From an uncultured Candidatus Woesearchaeota archaeon (GTDB lineage: Archaea > Nanobdellota > Nanobdellia > Woesearchaeales > GW2011-AR9), in assembly GCA_902529885.1 (NCBI GenBank), contig CABZYC010000003.1, positions 1 to 50,083 of the forward strand: a stretch of DNA of 50,083 nt. Direction: 5' to 3'. Of this stretch, positions 19,736 through 28,445 are shown piece after piece. Within the stretch, counting starts at the first letter, position 1. Each line of letters begins with the position of its first letter. A program made the position numbers and the translations under genes. The notes beneath the pieces are model-generated. The model was given only the letters and a program-made list of their open reading frames with translations. It was not told where the DNA came from and ran no database searches.

Positions 19736-20712
19736 GTTGTCGTCACCCTTGTCCCAGATACACAGCCAAACAAAGTACCAGACTTCCAATCAGCAGCTTT
19801 ACCGGCTGCATCGAATAAAGCTTTGTTTTTACAGATATCATAACAAGTACGTTTCTGCGTCGTGCCAGCAGGATACTCAATGTTACCAACACTCTTTATT
19901 TTTTTATCATCAGTCATACAACGCCTATATGTCTTACCCATAGATCTGAATGTATGACCATATCCCTTCCCAACACTTGCCCAGGATGAAAAGCCAGGGC
20001 AACTTATTTCACAAGGAGGCGGGGGAAGATCTGGAGAAACACTAGCATCACCATCACCATCACCATCACCATCACCATCACCATCATCAGAGTTTTCAGG
20101 ATCTGTAGGTATTGCTTCACAACCACGTTTTTTATGCCAACTACCTGCATTAGTTATTTGTTGACCAGCTGGACACGACCTACAATTATCTGAGTTAAAT
20201 GAACAATCACTATTACATGTAACATCACCAATTAAAGTGGGTGTTTTACATTGTCGTTTATTGTAACTATACGTACTAAAAATAGAAGGTTCACAATCTT
20301 CTCCTGCATTCAAAACACCATCCCTACATTCACCGTCGGTTAGGTCTTCATCCTTAATACATTCACCTGAGCCAAAGTCGTATATCATCCCGTCAGGACA
20401 TTCAGTACAACCAGGGTAATTGCTTGCACCATTATCACATTTTTTAGGTACGCAAACACCATGCTCTAATATTTCGTCATCTTCACAAGGACTAGTTGGT
20501 TCAGGGCAAGTATCATCTACACAACAAGAACTACAACCACCTAAGTATATTCCACCTATATTATAATTCTGTAAATCTCCTTGATTTTGCGCAACACTAT
20601 TTGAAGCACAATACGGGTCACCAGGAAAAGCCATGCAAACAACGTGCAACGTAGTTATACCAGTGAAAAAAAGAAACACACCTGCCAACAATATTAATAA
20701 TCCTTTATTCAT
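19732..20712 (-). CDS. Membrane-anchored/secreted Cys-rich surface protein (operon gene 5, 'C2')
   Basis: N-terminal hydrophobic helix, 26 Cys, CRDGVLNAGEDCE repeat-like unit, GD-repeat/poly-Pro linker; GGAGGTG SD. Confidence 0.85.
   Translation of the reverse strand: MNKGLLILLAGVFLFFTGITTLHVVCMAFPGDPYCASNSVAQNQGDLQNYNIGGIYLGGCSSCCVDDTCPEPTSPCEDDEILEHGVCVPKKCDNGASNYPGCTECPDGMIYDFGSGECIKDEDLTDGECRDGVLNAGEDCEPSIFSTYSYNKRQCKTPTLIGDVTCNSDCSFNSDNCRSCPAGQQITNAGSWHKKRGCEAIPTDPENSDDGDGDGDGDGDGDASVSPDLPPPPCEISCPGFSSWASVGKGYGHTFRSMGKTYRRCMTDDKKIKSVGNIEYPAGTTQKRTCYDICKNKALFDAAGKAADWKSGTLFGCVSGTRVTTT
20046..20086. repeat. Hexanucleotide tandem repeat (CATCAC)x6+ encoding DGDGDG on the minus strand
   Basis: Six perfect CATCAC copies plus a partial copy, read directly. 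Confidence 0.95.
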
Positions 20713-20713
20713 T

Positions 20714-21163
20714 CTAAAACACCTCCGCTTTCTTTAATAATTGAAAGCTTACATAAAGACCTAAAGACAAAATTGCTATCGACATAGCTACAAACAAAAA
20801 TTGTCCAATTGGCTCCGCTATCTTTTCTAACAATCCATTTGGTGTTAAAAAAGTAATTAGAAGGGGACCCACCCAATTCAATATTTTTTTATTCTTTTCT
20901 TCAAAACCTTCAAAGACAGGTATCCGATTCATAGCTTCTTTAATCAACACGAAGGATATTACTAACAAAGCTATCTTAAGTACACCAACTGAGGCAACAG
21001 ACTCTTGAGTCATCCCGGTCATCCCATAAGGCACCATAGCCATTGTCGCCAGTATCATTTGAATTACACTTGCAAGTTGATCTTGTACGCCACCCATATT
21101 CATTGCGTGAACATTAGGTATCAAAGATAACATAGACAACACTTTTATTAAATTAAATCTCAT
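20714..21163 (-). CDS. Signal peptide plus 3-TM membrane protein (operon gene 4, 'B2')
   Basis: Signal ending VHA; paralog of 21413-21880. Confidence 0.8.
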   Translation of the reverse strand: MRFNLIKVLSMLSLIPNVHAMNMGGVQDQLASVIQMILATMAMVPYGMTGMTQESVASVGVLKIALLVISFVLIKEAMNRIPVFEGFEEKNKKILNWVGPLLITFLTPNGLLEKIAEPIGQFLFVAMSIAILSLGLYVSFQLLKKAEVF

Positions 21164-21165
21164 AT

Positions 21166-21411
21166 TTACATCATCCCCCTATTAGCATAATCAGTCCTGT
21201 ACACTAAATGATTATCTGATTCCAATCCATTATTAATCTCTGCTAAATTCATTGTGTTACCTTGATTCGTATTTGTAATCTGTGGTGCCCCGCTTACACC
21301 TGAACAGATGTCAGCAGCCGGGTCAACAACACATGCTACACCCATGAAAAACATGCTTAAAAACATTAAAATTATTGCAATCCCAAAACAAGCTATTGTC
21401 CAACGTTTCAT
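21166..21411 (-). CDS. Small single-TM protein with C-x3-P-x4-C motif (operon gene 3, 'C1')
   Basis: 81 aa; GAGGAGG SD; N-terminus parallels 19732-20712. Confidence 0.75.
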   Translation of the reverse strand: MKRWTIACFGIAIILMFLSMFFMGVACVVDPAADICSGVSGAPQITNTNQGNTMNLAEINNGLESDNHLVYRTDYANRGMM

Positions 21412-21412
21412 A

Positions 21413-21880
21413 TTAGTATCCTGCCTCCTCTCTGCCCCAATCCCAGATATGCTTACACATAAAAAAGACTACGATACCCACTAATCCAACAAAAATAAGT
21501 AGAACTAAATCAGCTATCCCTTCAGACATACCAAGGATTAATTGAACTGGTGTCAAAACAACTAGTAATAACGATAAAACCCATTGAATGGTATGCTTGC
21601 TTTTCTTTTCAAACTCTTCAAAGATTGGTACCCTACGCATACCTTCTTTAATTAATACACCAAATATTATTGCGCATGCAATTTTTAACAACCCGGCAGA
21701 CGTAAGTTGTTCAATCGGTAAATTTTTCACTGCATTATAATCAGGAGATAACCTCACAAAAAGTAAGCCTATAGCTTGAACTATTTCCACTATTTTCCCA
21801 ATCGAATTTTGAAACATGTTAGCCTGCGTTTGAGCGAACACGGCTGGCACACTAGCCAAGAATAACATTAATCGCTTCAT
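21413..21880 (-). CDS. Signal peptide plus 3-TM membrane protein (operon gene 2, 'B1')
   Basis: Signal ending VFA; shares LKIA..VLIKE.M.R.P.FE.FE.K.K..WV..LTP with B2; GAGGTG SD; ATGA overlap. Confidence 0.8.
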   Translation of the reverse strand: MKRLMLFLASVPAVFAQTQANMFQNSIGKIVEIVQAIGLLFVRLSPDYNAVKNLPIEQLTSAGLLKIACAIIFGVLIKEGMRRVPIFEEFEKKSKHTIQWVLSLLLVVLTPVQLILGMSEGIADLVLLIFVGLVGIVVFFMCKHIWDWGREEAGY

Positions 21881-24800
21881 TTTTTCCCACCTCTATTTTC
21901 ACCTATCAATCTCACTGCCTCTTCTAACGCCTCAGAAATACGTTTGTTACAATATTCCTCTTCCGCATCCATCTTAAGTGAATATTGTTTAATGTGTCCA
22001 ATTGCCTTGTCAATATGTGCTATTGATTGAGAGATTAACTGCATTATCTGTTTAGGACTATTATTTTGTTGAGGTTTACCCATAGTGTCAACACCGGTTT
22101 TTAACCTGACCTTAACTTCTTCGAGCATACTAAACATGTTATGTGTCTCTTTAATCAACTTTGAATAATTACGTTTAAACCGACTATAATAAGAATATCT
22201 TGTTGCTTCGGCCCGAACTAATTGTTTAGCAGAAGGTTTGTTAAACAGTTCTTGTAATTGTTCAACATCACCCTTAAACTTCTTATAACCACCTGCTATC
22301 CCATCGAACATTCCATCAATCTGGGTAACATTTAATTGTGCTAATTTATCCACACTATTAATATCATTTAATTTGACCTTAATTTTTTCTAATTCATTTT
22401 CGTCAGCGATTATCTTCAAGGTTTCACCTTGTAAAATCTTATTAAATTGAATTACCTTATGTTCCATCTCAGGATTTTTAGAAACTTCTTCTGCAAACTT
22501 AATTTGCCTACGGGACAAGTGATGTTCTTTCCATACATTCTTTAAAGATTCACTTTGCTTATGTTTCAAAAGGTATGCATTTAATACATCTATCTTCACA
22601 GACGGCTTATCCTTAATATCTACCAAAGGACCAAACTTAGCACCTATACTTGCATCAATTAATGCACACACCGCAATTTGAGATAACTTGTCTTTACTAA
22701 GCAATTTCATTGCATGATTCCAAACTATAGGGATGTCATGCAAAACACCTGGAAGTGTAATGAAGTTGTGAATGTAATCGTCAACTTTCCCATCGTAAGC
22801 AGCATTCCTGTTTGCATCTTTATCATACGCCATATCATTAAGCCAAGTGTTTAAATTGTCATTACCATATTCTTTAGCAAGATGCACTAAGTCCCTAATG
22901 CCTTTCACCCCACCTAAGTGTACCAACGTATTCTGTTGTGGTAACCCAGGAATATGAGGCACTAAAGCAGAGTATAATATCTCATTCACCATTTTCGTAG
23001 TATCTCCATCACGGCCACTTAATGCGTACAACAATACTTCAATCAAAAATGTACTCCCCGATGAGCCAGTCGGCATTTGATGTTTTGCTTGGCTAAGCAT
23101 ATGGGCATTAACCTTAAGAGTACCCAAAATTGCCAGGACATAATAATTCTTTTCATCTGAGTCTCTTAGACATCCCCTCACTTGCCTCTCAACATCACGG
23201 ACATATTTAGACCCACTAATTACCTCGGAAGCAATCTGCTCTATATTTTTTAAACAATCTTTATTGACAGACAACCTTGGACGTATAATTGGTTCATTAA
23301 TTTTATCTTGGATCTTCTTCAAATCAAATCCGTGTGGTACAACATCTTCCAAAATGATACCAGGCTCTACTCCTACTTCTTTACCAACAACACGGTCATA
23401 CTTCGTAACACCATCAGCGTCAGCAAGGTTTAATATTGATTCAAATAATATGCAACCGTGTTTGTCCCACAGAGGTTTTATTTCACCTACTACTTTGGAT
23501 AAACGATTACCTTCCTCAGCAAAAAAATCAGTCGTACTCTTAAATCGTTCACGTGTTTCATTAAACAATTTTAATTCTTCGGGGCTACCTTTCGAATGAT
23601 TTTTGGCCGCAATACCGTTCTTTTGTTCCAATAACTTCAAAAATTGATTAATATGGTCTGCCCATCCACGGTAAAAACCATCATATATCCGTTGAAGGTC
23701 AGTATACAATGCACGCATCTCATCAGTCACACGATTATCTTTTGTTTGAATCAGTTTTGTTAAGTATGAATACAATGCCTCAAAACCATCTACAGGGATT
23801 TGTTGCCCAGTTGCTTTCTCAACACGCACCTCTACCAAATAGAATTCAGCTAGAGACTGTAAGTTCTCCCAACTATCCATCAACCTAGGAGAATCAGCGT
23901 GCACTTTTGTTATACGGTCTGCGTAGTGAGCGATACCTCGTTTACCAACCCACCAATCATACCAATCCTGAGTCTTCTTACTACATTTCACGTCAGTTGG
24001 AATTATAGGAATCGGTTTTATACCATGAGATAATGGAACCATAGATATGCCCATACCTTGCACTTCATCTTTACATAAGCCCTTTACACCCCATTTATTT
24101 ACTTTCTTAGCTTCATTAATTGCATAAAATAGACCTAACCTGAAATCCTCGTTTTGGTACAACGACTTTTTTGGGTTGAGTTCAACATAAACTTTTTTCA
24201 TTTTGTCAACATGTGAACGGTACAAAGATACGATTGCTTCAAACTCATTAACCATCATTGGAATTTGACTCTCATCAGCTAACATATTCAATTTTTTCAA
24301 AAAAGATTGTACACTACTAAAATAGATGAATTCTTTATTCTTATTTAATTCTAAAACACTATATACTCTTGATAATTCTTCAAAAGCAAAATGCATCTTT
24401 TTGTGTTCATTTTTATCAAAACGGAACTCACCTTTTTTATCAGATAAAAATGCGTGTAGCATTTGTATACCATCACGTAAACGGTAATCACTTTTTGCAT
24501 CACGCTTATCATCATAACGCCGTAAACAAATTAATAGGTCTTCACTTGCATCACGAAGTTTTTTTCGTGAATTCAAAGTTTTAAGACTTATATCTAATTT
24601 ATATAAGATATAGCCAATATGCCGCGGATCATTTTTATGGTCCCACAACCATTTAATCCCATAGCCATTGGTAGCCCAACAATTCCACCATGCTTCAAAC
24701 TCAGACCAATCAACAGGGCCTAATTTTGGATCTAATGTGAATAATGCACCAAATAGCCGATAATTCCACAATGTTTTCTCTACACGGTTAATACAGGAGA

Positions 24801-25692
24801 TCGCAGCAACGATTTCTGTGTCTGAGAACGAATTTAGTATGTTTAAATGAGATTGTAAGATAGTCAACATATTTTCTACTACCTTCACCATTTGATCATA
24901 ATCTTTTATGAACTGCCCTTCTTTAGTCTCACCCCAAATTTTCAAATAGTTTGTACGGTAAACCTCATAACATCTATGCATGTCATAAGATTCGTATTTA
25001 TGTAATTTAGGGGATTCTTTATAATTTTGTGTTTGTACGGATTTATTTGCTGAACGAAATAGTTCACTGTGGTATACGCCAAATGGATCATTCAAGATCA
25101 TGAAAGGAGTTTTTATATCTAATTTTTGACCTTCAGAAAGAACTGTTTTTCCGCCAACCTTCTTACCAGAACCAGAAACTTGCACATCACTGTACACAGT
25201 TGTGAAACCAGTTAGCATACGCATATTTTGAATACGATCATCAATATCGAAATTTGAATCAGAAGAATCATGCTTAGTATCGTTGACCCAATTTTGTAGG
25301 TTGTTAATTAACTCTTGCCGTTTACGAAGCATTTCTTTCCATGCTTGATTTGCAGTAGGATTCTTTAGCAATTTAGTTTTTTTGGAAGGCATACCTAGAA
25401 AAAACATGATAGATAATTGAGATATGTCTATCTTAACAGATGCATCAATTGCAATAATAGTATTATCTATGATTGGAGCATGATAATTATGCGTTATTTT
25501 GTCGCCGCCTTTAATCCCTGCATCCACTAAAGCTGCAGCAATAGCAGTAGCTTGCGCAGTAGGATCTGGTGTACTGCTAGCACCACTAAAATTAAGATCT
25601 TTTAACAAAAGGTATAAACCCCAAACAATCATTACTGCACCCACACTTATAGTTAAAGCAGCAACACCACCTATTAATCCAACTATCGCCAT
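21877..25692 (-). CDS. Large 1271-aa protein: N-terminal TM, internal duplicated helical domain, C-terminal coiled coil (operon gene 1, 'A1')
   Basis: TM LIGGVAALTISVGAVMIVWGLYLL; long uninterrupted ORF; TATA box 22 nt upstream. Confidence 0.85.
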   Translation of the reverse strand: MAIVGLIGGVAALTISVGAVMIVWGLYLLLKDLNFSGASSTPDPTAQATAIAAALVDAGIKGGDKITHNYHAPIIDNTIIAIDASVKIDISQLSIMFFLGMPSKKTKLLKNPTANQAWKEMLRKRQELINNLQNWVNDTKHDSSDSNFDIDDRIQNMRMLTGFTTVYSDVQVSGSGKKVGGKTVLSEGQKLDIKTPFMILNDPFGVYHSELFRSANKSVQTQNYKESPKLHKYESYDMHRCYEVYRTNYLKIWGETKEGQFIKDYDQMVKVVENMLTILQSHLNILNSFSDTEIVAAISCINRVEKTLWNYRLFGALFTLDPKLGPVDWSEFEAWWNCWATNGYGIKWLWDHKNDPRHIGYILYKLDISLKTLNSRKKLRDASEDLLICLRRYDDKRDAKSDYRLRDGIQMLHAFLSDKKGEFRFDKNEHKKMHFAFEELSRVYSVLELNKNKEFIYFSSVQSFLKKLNMLADESQIPMMVNEFEAIVSLYRSHVDKMKKVYVELNPKKSLYQNEDFRLGLFYAINEAKKVNKWGVKGLCKDEVQGMGISMVPLSHGIKPIPIIPTDVKCSKKTQDWYDWWVGKRGIAHYADRITKVHADSPRLMDSWENLQSLAEFYLVEVRVEKATGQQIPVDGFEALYSYLTKLIQTKDNRVTDEMRALYTDLQRIYDGFYRGWADHINQFLKLLEQKNGIAAKNHSKGSPEELKLFNETRERFKSTTDFFAEEGNRLSKVVGEIKPLWDKHGCILFESILNLADADGVTKYDRVVGKEVGVEPGIILEDVVPHGFDLKKIQDKINEPIIRPRLSVNKDCLKNIEQIASEVISGSKYVRDVERQVRGCLRDSDEKNYYVLAILGTLKVNAHMLSQAKHQMPTGSSGSTFLIEVLLYALSGRDGDTTKMVNEILYSALVPHIPGLPQQNTLVHLGGVKGIRDLVHLAKEYGNDNLNTWLNDMAYDKDANRNAAYDGKVDDYIHNFITLPGVLHDIPIVWNHAMKLLSKDKLSQIAVCALIDASIGAKFGPLVDIKDKPSVKIDVLNAYLLKHKQSESLKNVWKEHHLSRRQIKFAEEVSKNPEMEHKVIQFNKILQGETLKIIADENELEKIKVKLNDINSVDKLAQLNVTQIDGMFDGIAGGYKKFKGDVEQLQELFNKPSAKQLVRAEATRYSYYSRFKRNYSKLIKETHNMFSMLEEVKVRLKTGVDTMGKPQQNNSPKQIMQLISQSIAHIDKAIGHIKQYSLKMDAEEEYCNKRISEALEEAVRLIGENRGGKK

Positions 25693-25713
25693 GTTAAATT
25701 AGAGTATTTATTC

Positions 25714-25722
25714 ATATAAAAA
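25714..25722 (-). promoter_or_regulatory. TATA box of the eight-gene membrane operon
   Basis: TTTTTATAT on the minus strand, 22 nt before ATG 25692. Confidence 0.6.
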
Positions 25723-25771
25723 CATATTGTACACCACATATCATTAAATAGCTATCAGGTAGCTATAAAAT

Positions 25772-26788
25772 ATGAAAAGGCCGTACCCTATATTGGTCGC
25801 ACTTGTTTGTTTAATCCTGTTCAGTTTAATCCTCATATTCAAGTTTATCCCAACACTCTTGTTAAGTGCAATCATTGCATACATTTTTTATCCGCTTTAT
25901 AAGAGGTTCCACAAGTATGTTCCAAGTTATGCAGCCATCATTAGTTGCACCATCTTAATCTTGATTATTTCTGTCCCAGCACTATTGCTTATTAACAGTT
26001 TAATACAAGAATCGTTCACAATAATTAACTTGTTACGTGAACTTTTAGTACAGAACCAAAGTACAGATTGTACAAATGCATTGTGTGAAACAATGCAAGG
26101 CATAGTGTACAATTCTAATCTTATGGCATACTTACAAAACATGCTTGACACATTTGCTTCAAACATCCTGCAAGCTACAAGTAAAATTATAACAAACATA
26201 CCCAAAATGGCACTTGAACTATTCATCTTTTTATTCACATTTTATTATTGTCTTAAAGATGGAAAGTCACTAGTAACATTTGTAGAAAAAGCTAGTAAAC
26301 AGATTAAAGGAATATTCACGTTACACCTTAAACACATGGACAACGTAATGAAAGCTATTGTGCACGGCTACTTTTTTGTAGCAATGTTGCAAGGAATATT
26401 AGCCCTACTTGGATACATCGTGTTAGGTGTACCAAACCCTTTCTTCTGGGGGTTTTTGACAGCAATCTTTGCCTTAGTACCATTAATTGGCACCGCGTTA
26501 ATTTGGGCACCATTAAGCATTATACTTTTTATCAAAGGTATTAGTTCAGATAACCTTTACACAATTATTAGTTCAATCATATTATTTGCGTACGGAGCAT
26601 TCATTATTAGTACTATTGACAATGTTGTTCGACCAAACATTATTGCTGCCAGAGTGAACGTGCACCCACTCACAATCTTGCTCGGTATCATCGGAGGACT
26701 ACAGATTGTTGGGCCAGCAGGATTCATTATAGGGCCAGTATTATTAAGTACAACCATCAGAATGGTACAAGATAGTGTGAACCAATAA
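25772..26788 (+). CDS. AI-2E (PerM) family transporter
   Basis: AYIFYPLY, LKDG, LVPLIGT, IDNVVRP, HPL..LLGIIGG, G.IIGP. Confidence 0.92.
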   Translation: MKRPYPILVALVCLILFSLILIFKFIPTLLLSAIIAYIFYPLYKRFHKYVPSYAAIISCTILILIISVPALLLINSLIQESFTIINLLRELLVQNQSTDCTNALCETMQGIVYNSNLMAYLQNMLDTFASNILQATSKIITNIPKMALELFIFLFTFYYCLKDGKSLVTFVEKASKQIKGIFTLHLKHMDNVMKAIVHGYFFVAMLQGILALLGYIVLGVPNPFFWGFLTAIFALVPLIGTALIWAPLSIILFIKGISSDNLYTIISSIILFAYGAFIISTIDNVVRPNIIAARVNVHPLTILLGIIGGLQIVGPAGFIIGPVLLSTTIRMVQDSVNQ

Positions 26789-26819
26789 TTATAATAACCA
26801 AAACTATATCTTATACCAC

Positions 26820-27554
26820 ATGAATATTAGAAACACGTCTATTGTTCTCGCAATAACATACTTCTGTGGACAATTGATCGCGTTATTACTTACCAGCACC
26901 ATCAAATTCAAACCGGTAGTTGGACAAAGTGGCAACTTATTCATTGGTTTTATTATTGCCCTAACACTACTGGTACTTTTAATCAAATTTAAATTAATTA
27001 ATATTTGGAGAGCATGGTACACGTTAGCAGTATTATTAAGCATCACGTTAACATTCAGCATTATCCTTGCACCATTTTATGCGTTTTTAATTGCTATCTT
27101 GTTTACAGTAACAAAAATGTTACATAAAACAACTATAAGCCATAATCTGACAGAACTGTTTATTTACCCAGGCCTCGCCATTTTTTTCACACCACATTTT
27201 AACGTGTTAAACATTAGCCTCCTATTAGTAATAATAGCTGTGTACGACATGTTCAGTGTATGGCGTAGTAAACATATGATCATGTTAGCTAAAGCACAAG
27301 AAAAAGCTGATATGTACACAGGGTATTATCTTCCAATGAATAAGGGCCACATCTTTTTGGGTGGTGGAGACATTGCATTCCCAATGTTGTTCACATCAGT
27401 CATGTTCCATGCATACGGGTGGACAGCATTGATTATCCCTTTTTTTACCACGGCAGCAGTATACAGTCTGTTCAAACTTAAACAGAAATATTTTCCAGCA
27501 ATGCTTGTACTAAGCCTTGCATGCTTGTTAACCCTACCTTTTTTCTTAGTATGA
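26820..27554 (+). CDS. Presenilin/signal-peptide-peptidase family intramembrane aspartyl protease
   Basis: AVYD, LGGGDIAFP (GxGD), PAM (PAL-like); multiple TM segments. Confidence 0.9.
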   Translation: MNIRNTSIVLAITYFCGQLIALLLTSTIKFKPVVGQSGNLFIGFIIALTLLVLLIKFKLINIWRAWYTLAVLLSITLTFSIILAPFYAFLIAILFTVTKMLHKTTISHNLTELFIYPGLAIFFTPHFNVLNISLLLVIIAVYDMFSVWRSKHMIMLAKAQEKADMYTGYYLPMNKGHIFLGGGDIAFPMLFTSVMFHAYGWTALIIPFFTTAAVYSLFKLKQKYFPAMLVLSLACLLTLPFFLV

Positions 27555-28238
27555 ATAATACGTGTGTGCACCTTCAGGTTTTAACACCATACCGTCATGC
27601 GCAGCTATAACATCACGGTCAAGTTCACGTTGTGCGTCACGAGCAAGAACCATGAAATCGTCAGGGTGTATACCGCTCGCACAACGGTTCAACACAGTTA
27701 TTTTAGCGTTGATGGTACGCAAAACGTCTACTAAATGATCTTTCGGTACACCACGAGCGCCAACACTCACTATGAAAATGTCCATCTCATCTTGACAATA
27801 AGGTAACCCTTCACTACAATACAAAATTCGTGTGTGCGGCGTCTCAATAAAAACTTGGCTTGATACCCCGTTGAACTCAGTGGTAACACGACAGTTTCGT
27901 AACTGTACAGTGTTCGCTGCAGAATCAATTGAAGCACCAGACAAATCGTTCGCACGAATCTTTTCTCGGACAGAAACAGGCAAATAAACCGTCTCAACTT
28001 TACCAGTTGCACATGTTAAGTACACATCATTATTGTGAAGTAGCTGGTTACTACTTAACACAACCGTGCTTGTTTTACCAGGTAACAGTTTATAGTTCAC
28101 CATGTTCACCATACTGCCTGGCCCAGGGTCAACATGAATCTGTTCATCACGGAAGGTTACCATCATACCACCACTTTGCCGTCTACCTTGTAAACAAGAT
28201 TGTAAATCGCCGGCAGTCCCTAAAAAAGTTAATTTCAT
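27546..28238 (-). CDS. Metallo-beta-lactamase fold protein with degenerate metal motif
   Basis: MKLTFLGTAG, HVDPGPG, AAHDGM; HxHxDH position reads SNQLLH. Confidence 0.75.
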   Translation of the reverse strand: MKLTFLGTAGDLQSCLQGRRQSGGMMVTFRDEQIHVDPGPGSMVNMVNYKLLPGKTSTVVLSSNQLLHNNDVYLTCATGKVETVYLPVSVREKIRANDLSGASIDSAANTVQLRNCRVTTEFNGVSSQVFIETPHTRILYCSEGLPYCQDEMDIFIVSVGARGVPKDHLVDVLRTINAKITVLNRCASGIHPDDFMVLARDAQRELDRDVIAAHDGMVLKPEGAHTYYSY

Positions 28239-28290
28239 ACCATCTTCGAGGCGTGAGGATGTTATAAATATTTAGGGTTTCACGAGAAGA

Positions 28291-28298
28291 TTTATAAA
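28291..28298 (+). promoter_or_regulatory. TATA box of tRNA-His
   Basis: GAGAAGA-TTTATAAA about 27 nt upstream of the tRNA. Confidence 0.65.
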
Positions 28299-28324
28299 AT
28301 AGTTCATGTCAGTTCCTAAGTAAT

Positions 28325-28400
28325 GGCGACCGTTGTATAACGGCTAGTATACAAGACTGTGGATCTTGAGGAGGGGGTTCGATTCCCCCCGGTCGCCCCA
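28325..28400 (+). tRNA. tRNA-His (GTG) with encoded G-1 and CCA
   Basis: G-1 plus GCGACCG/CGGTCGC, C73, CCA; anticodon arm CAAGA-CTGTGGA-TCTTG; T arm GGGGG-TTCGATT-CCCCC. Confidence 0.97.
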
Positions 28401-28445
28401 TTTTATACAGTAAACTTTAAACGTTCACGACCATACCATACCCTC

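Noticed and set aside
20046-20086. Poly-His tract or CRISPR-like repeat
   Set aside because: No spacers; it is the antisense of the Asp-Gly linker in the minus-strand gene.
20640-20712. Class III (pilin) signal peptide MNKG/LLILL
   Set aside because: Paralog C1 lacks the KG site, there is no +5 Glu, and no pilus ATPase or TadC in the window.
25144-25167. Walker-A-like GKKVGGKT in the 1271-aa protein
   Set aside because: No clear following helix or Walker B; probably chance in a Gly/Lys-rich loop.
16282-25692. Provirus or integrated element
   Set aside because: No integrase, capsid, terminase or flanking att/tRNA duplication seen.
28359-28445. N-terminal extension of hisS
   Set aside because: Overlaps tRNA-His; the conserved KGVRD follows ATG 28446.
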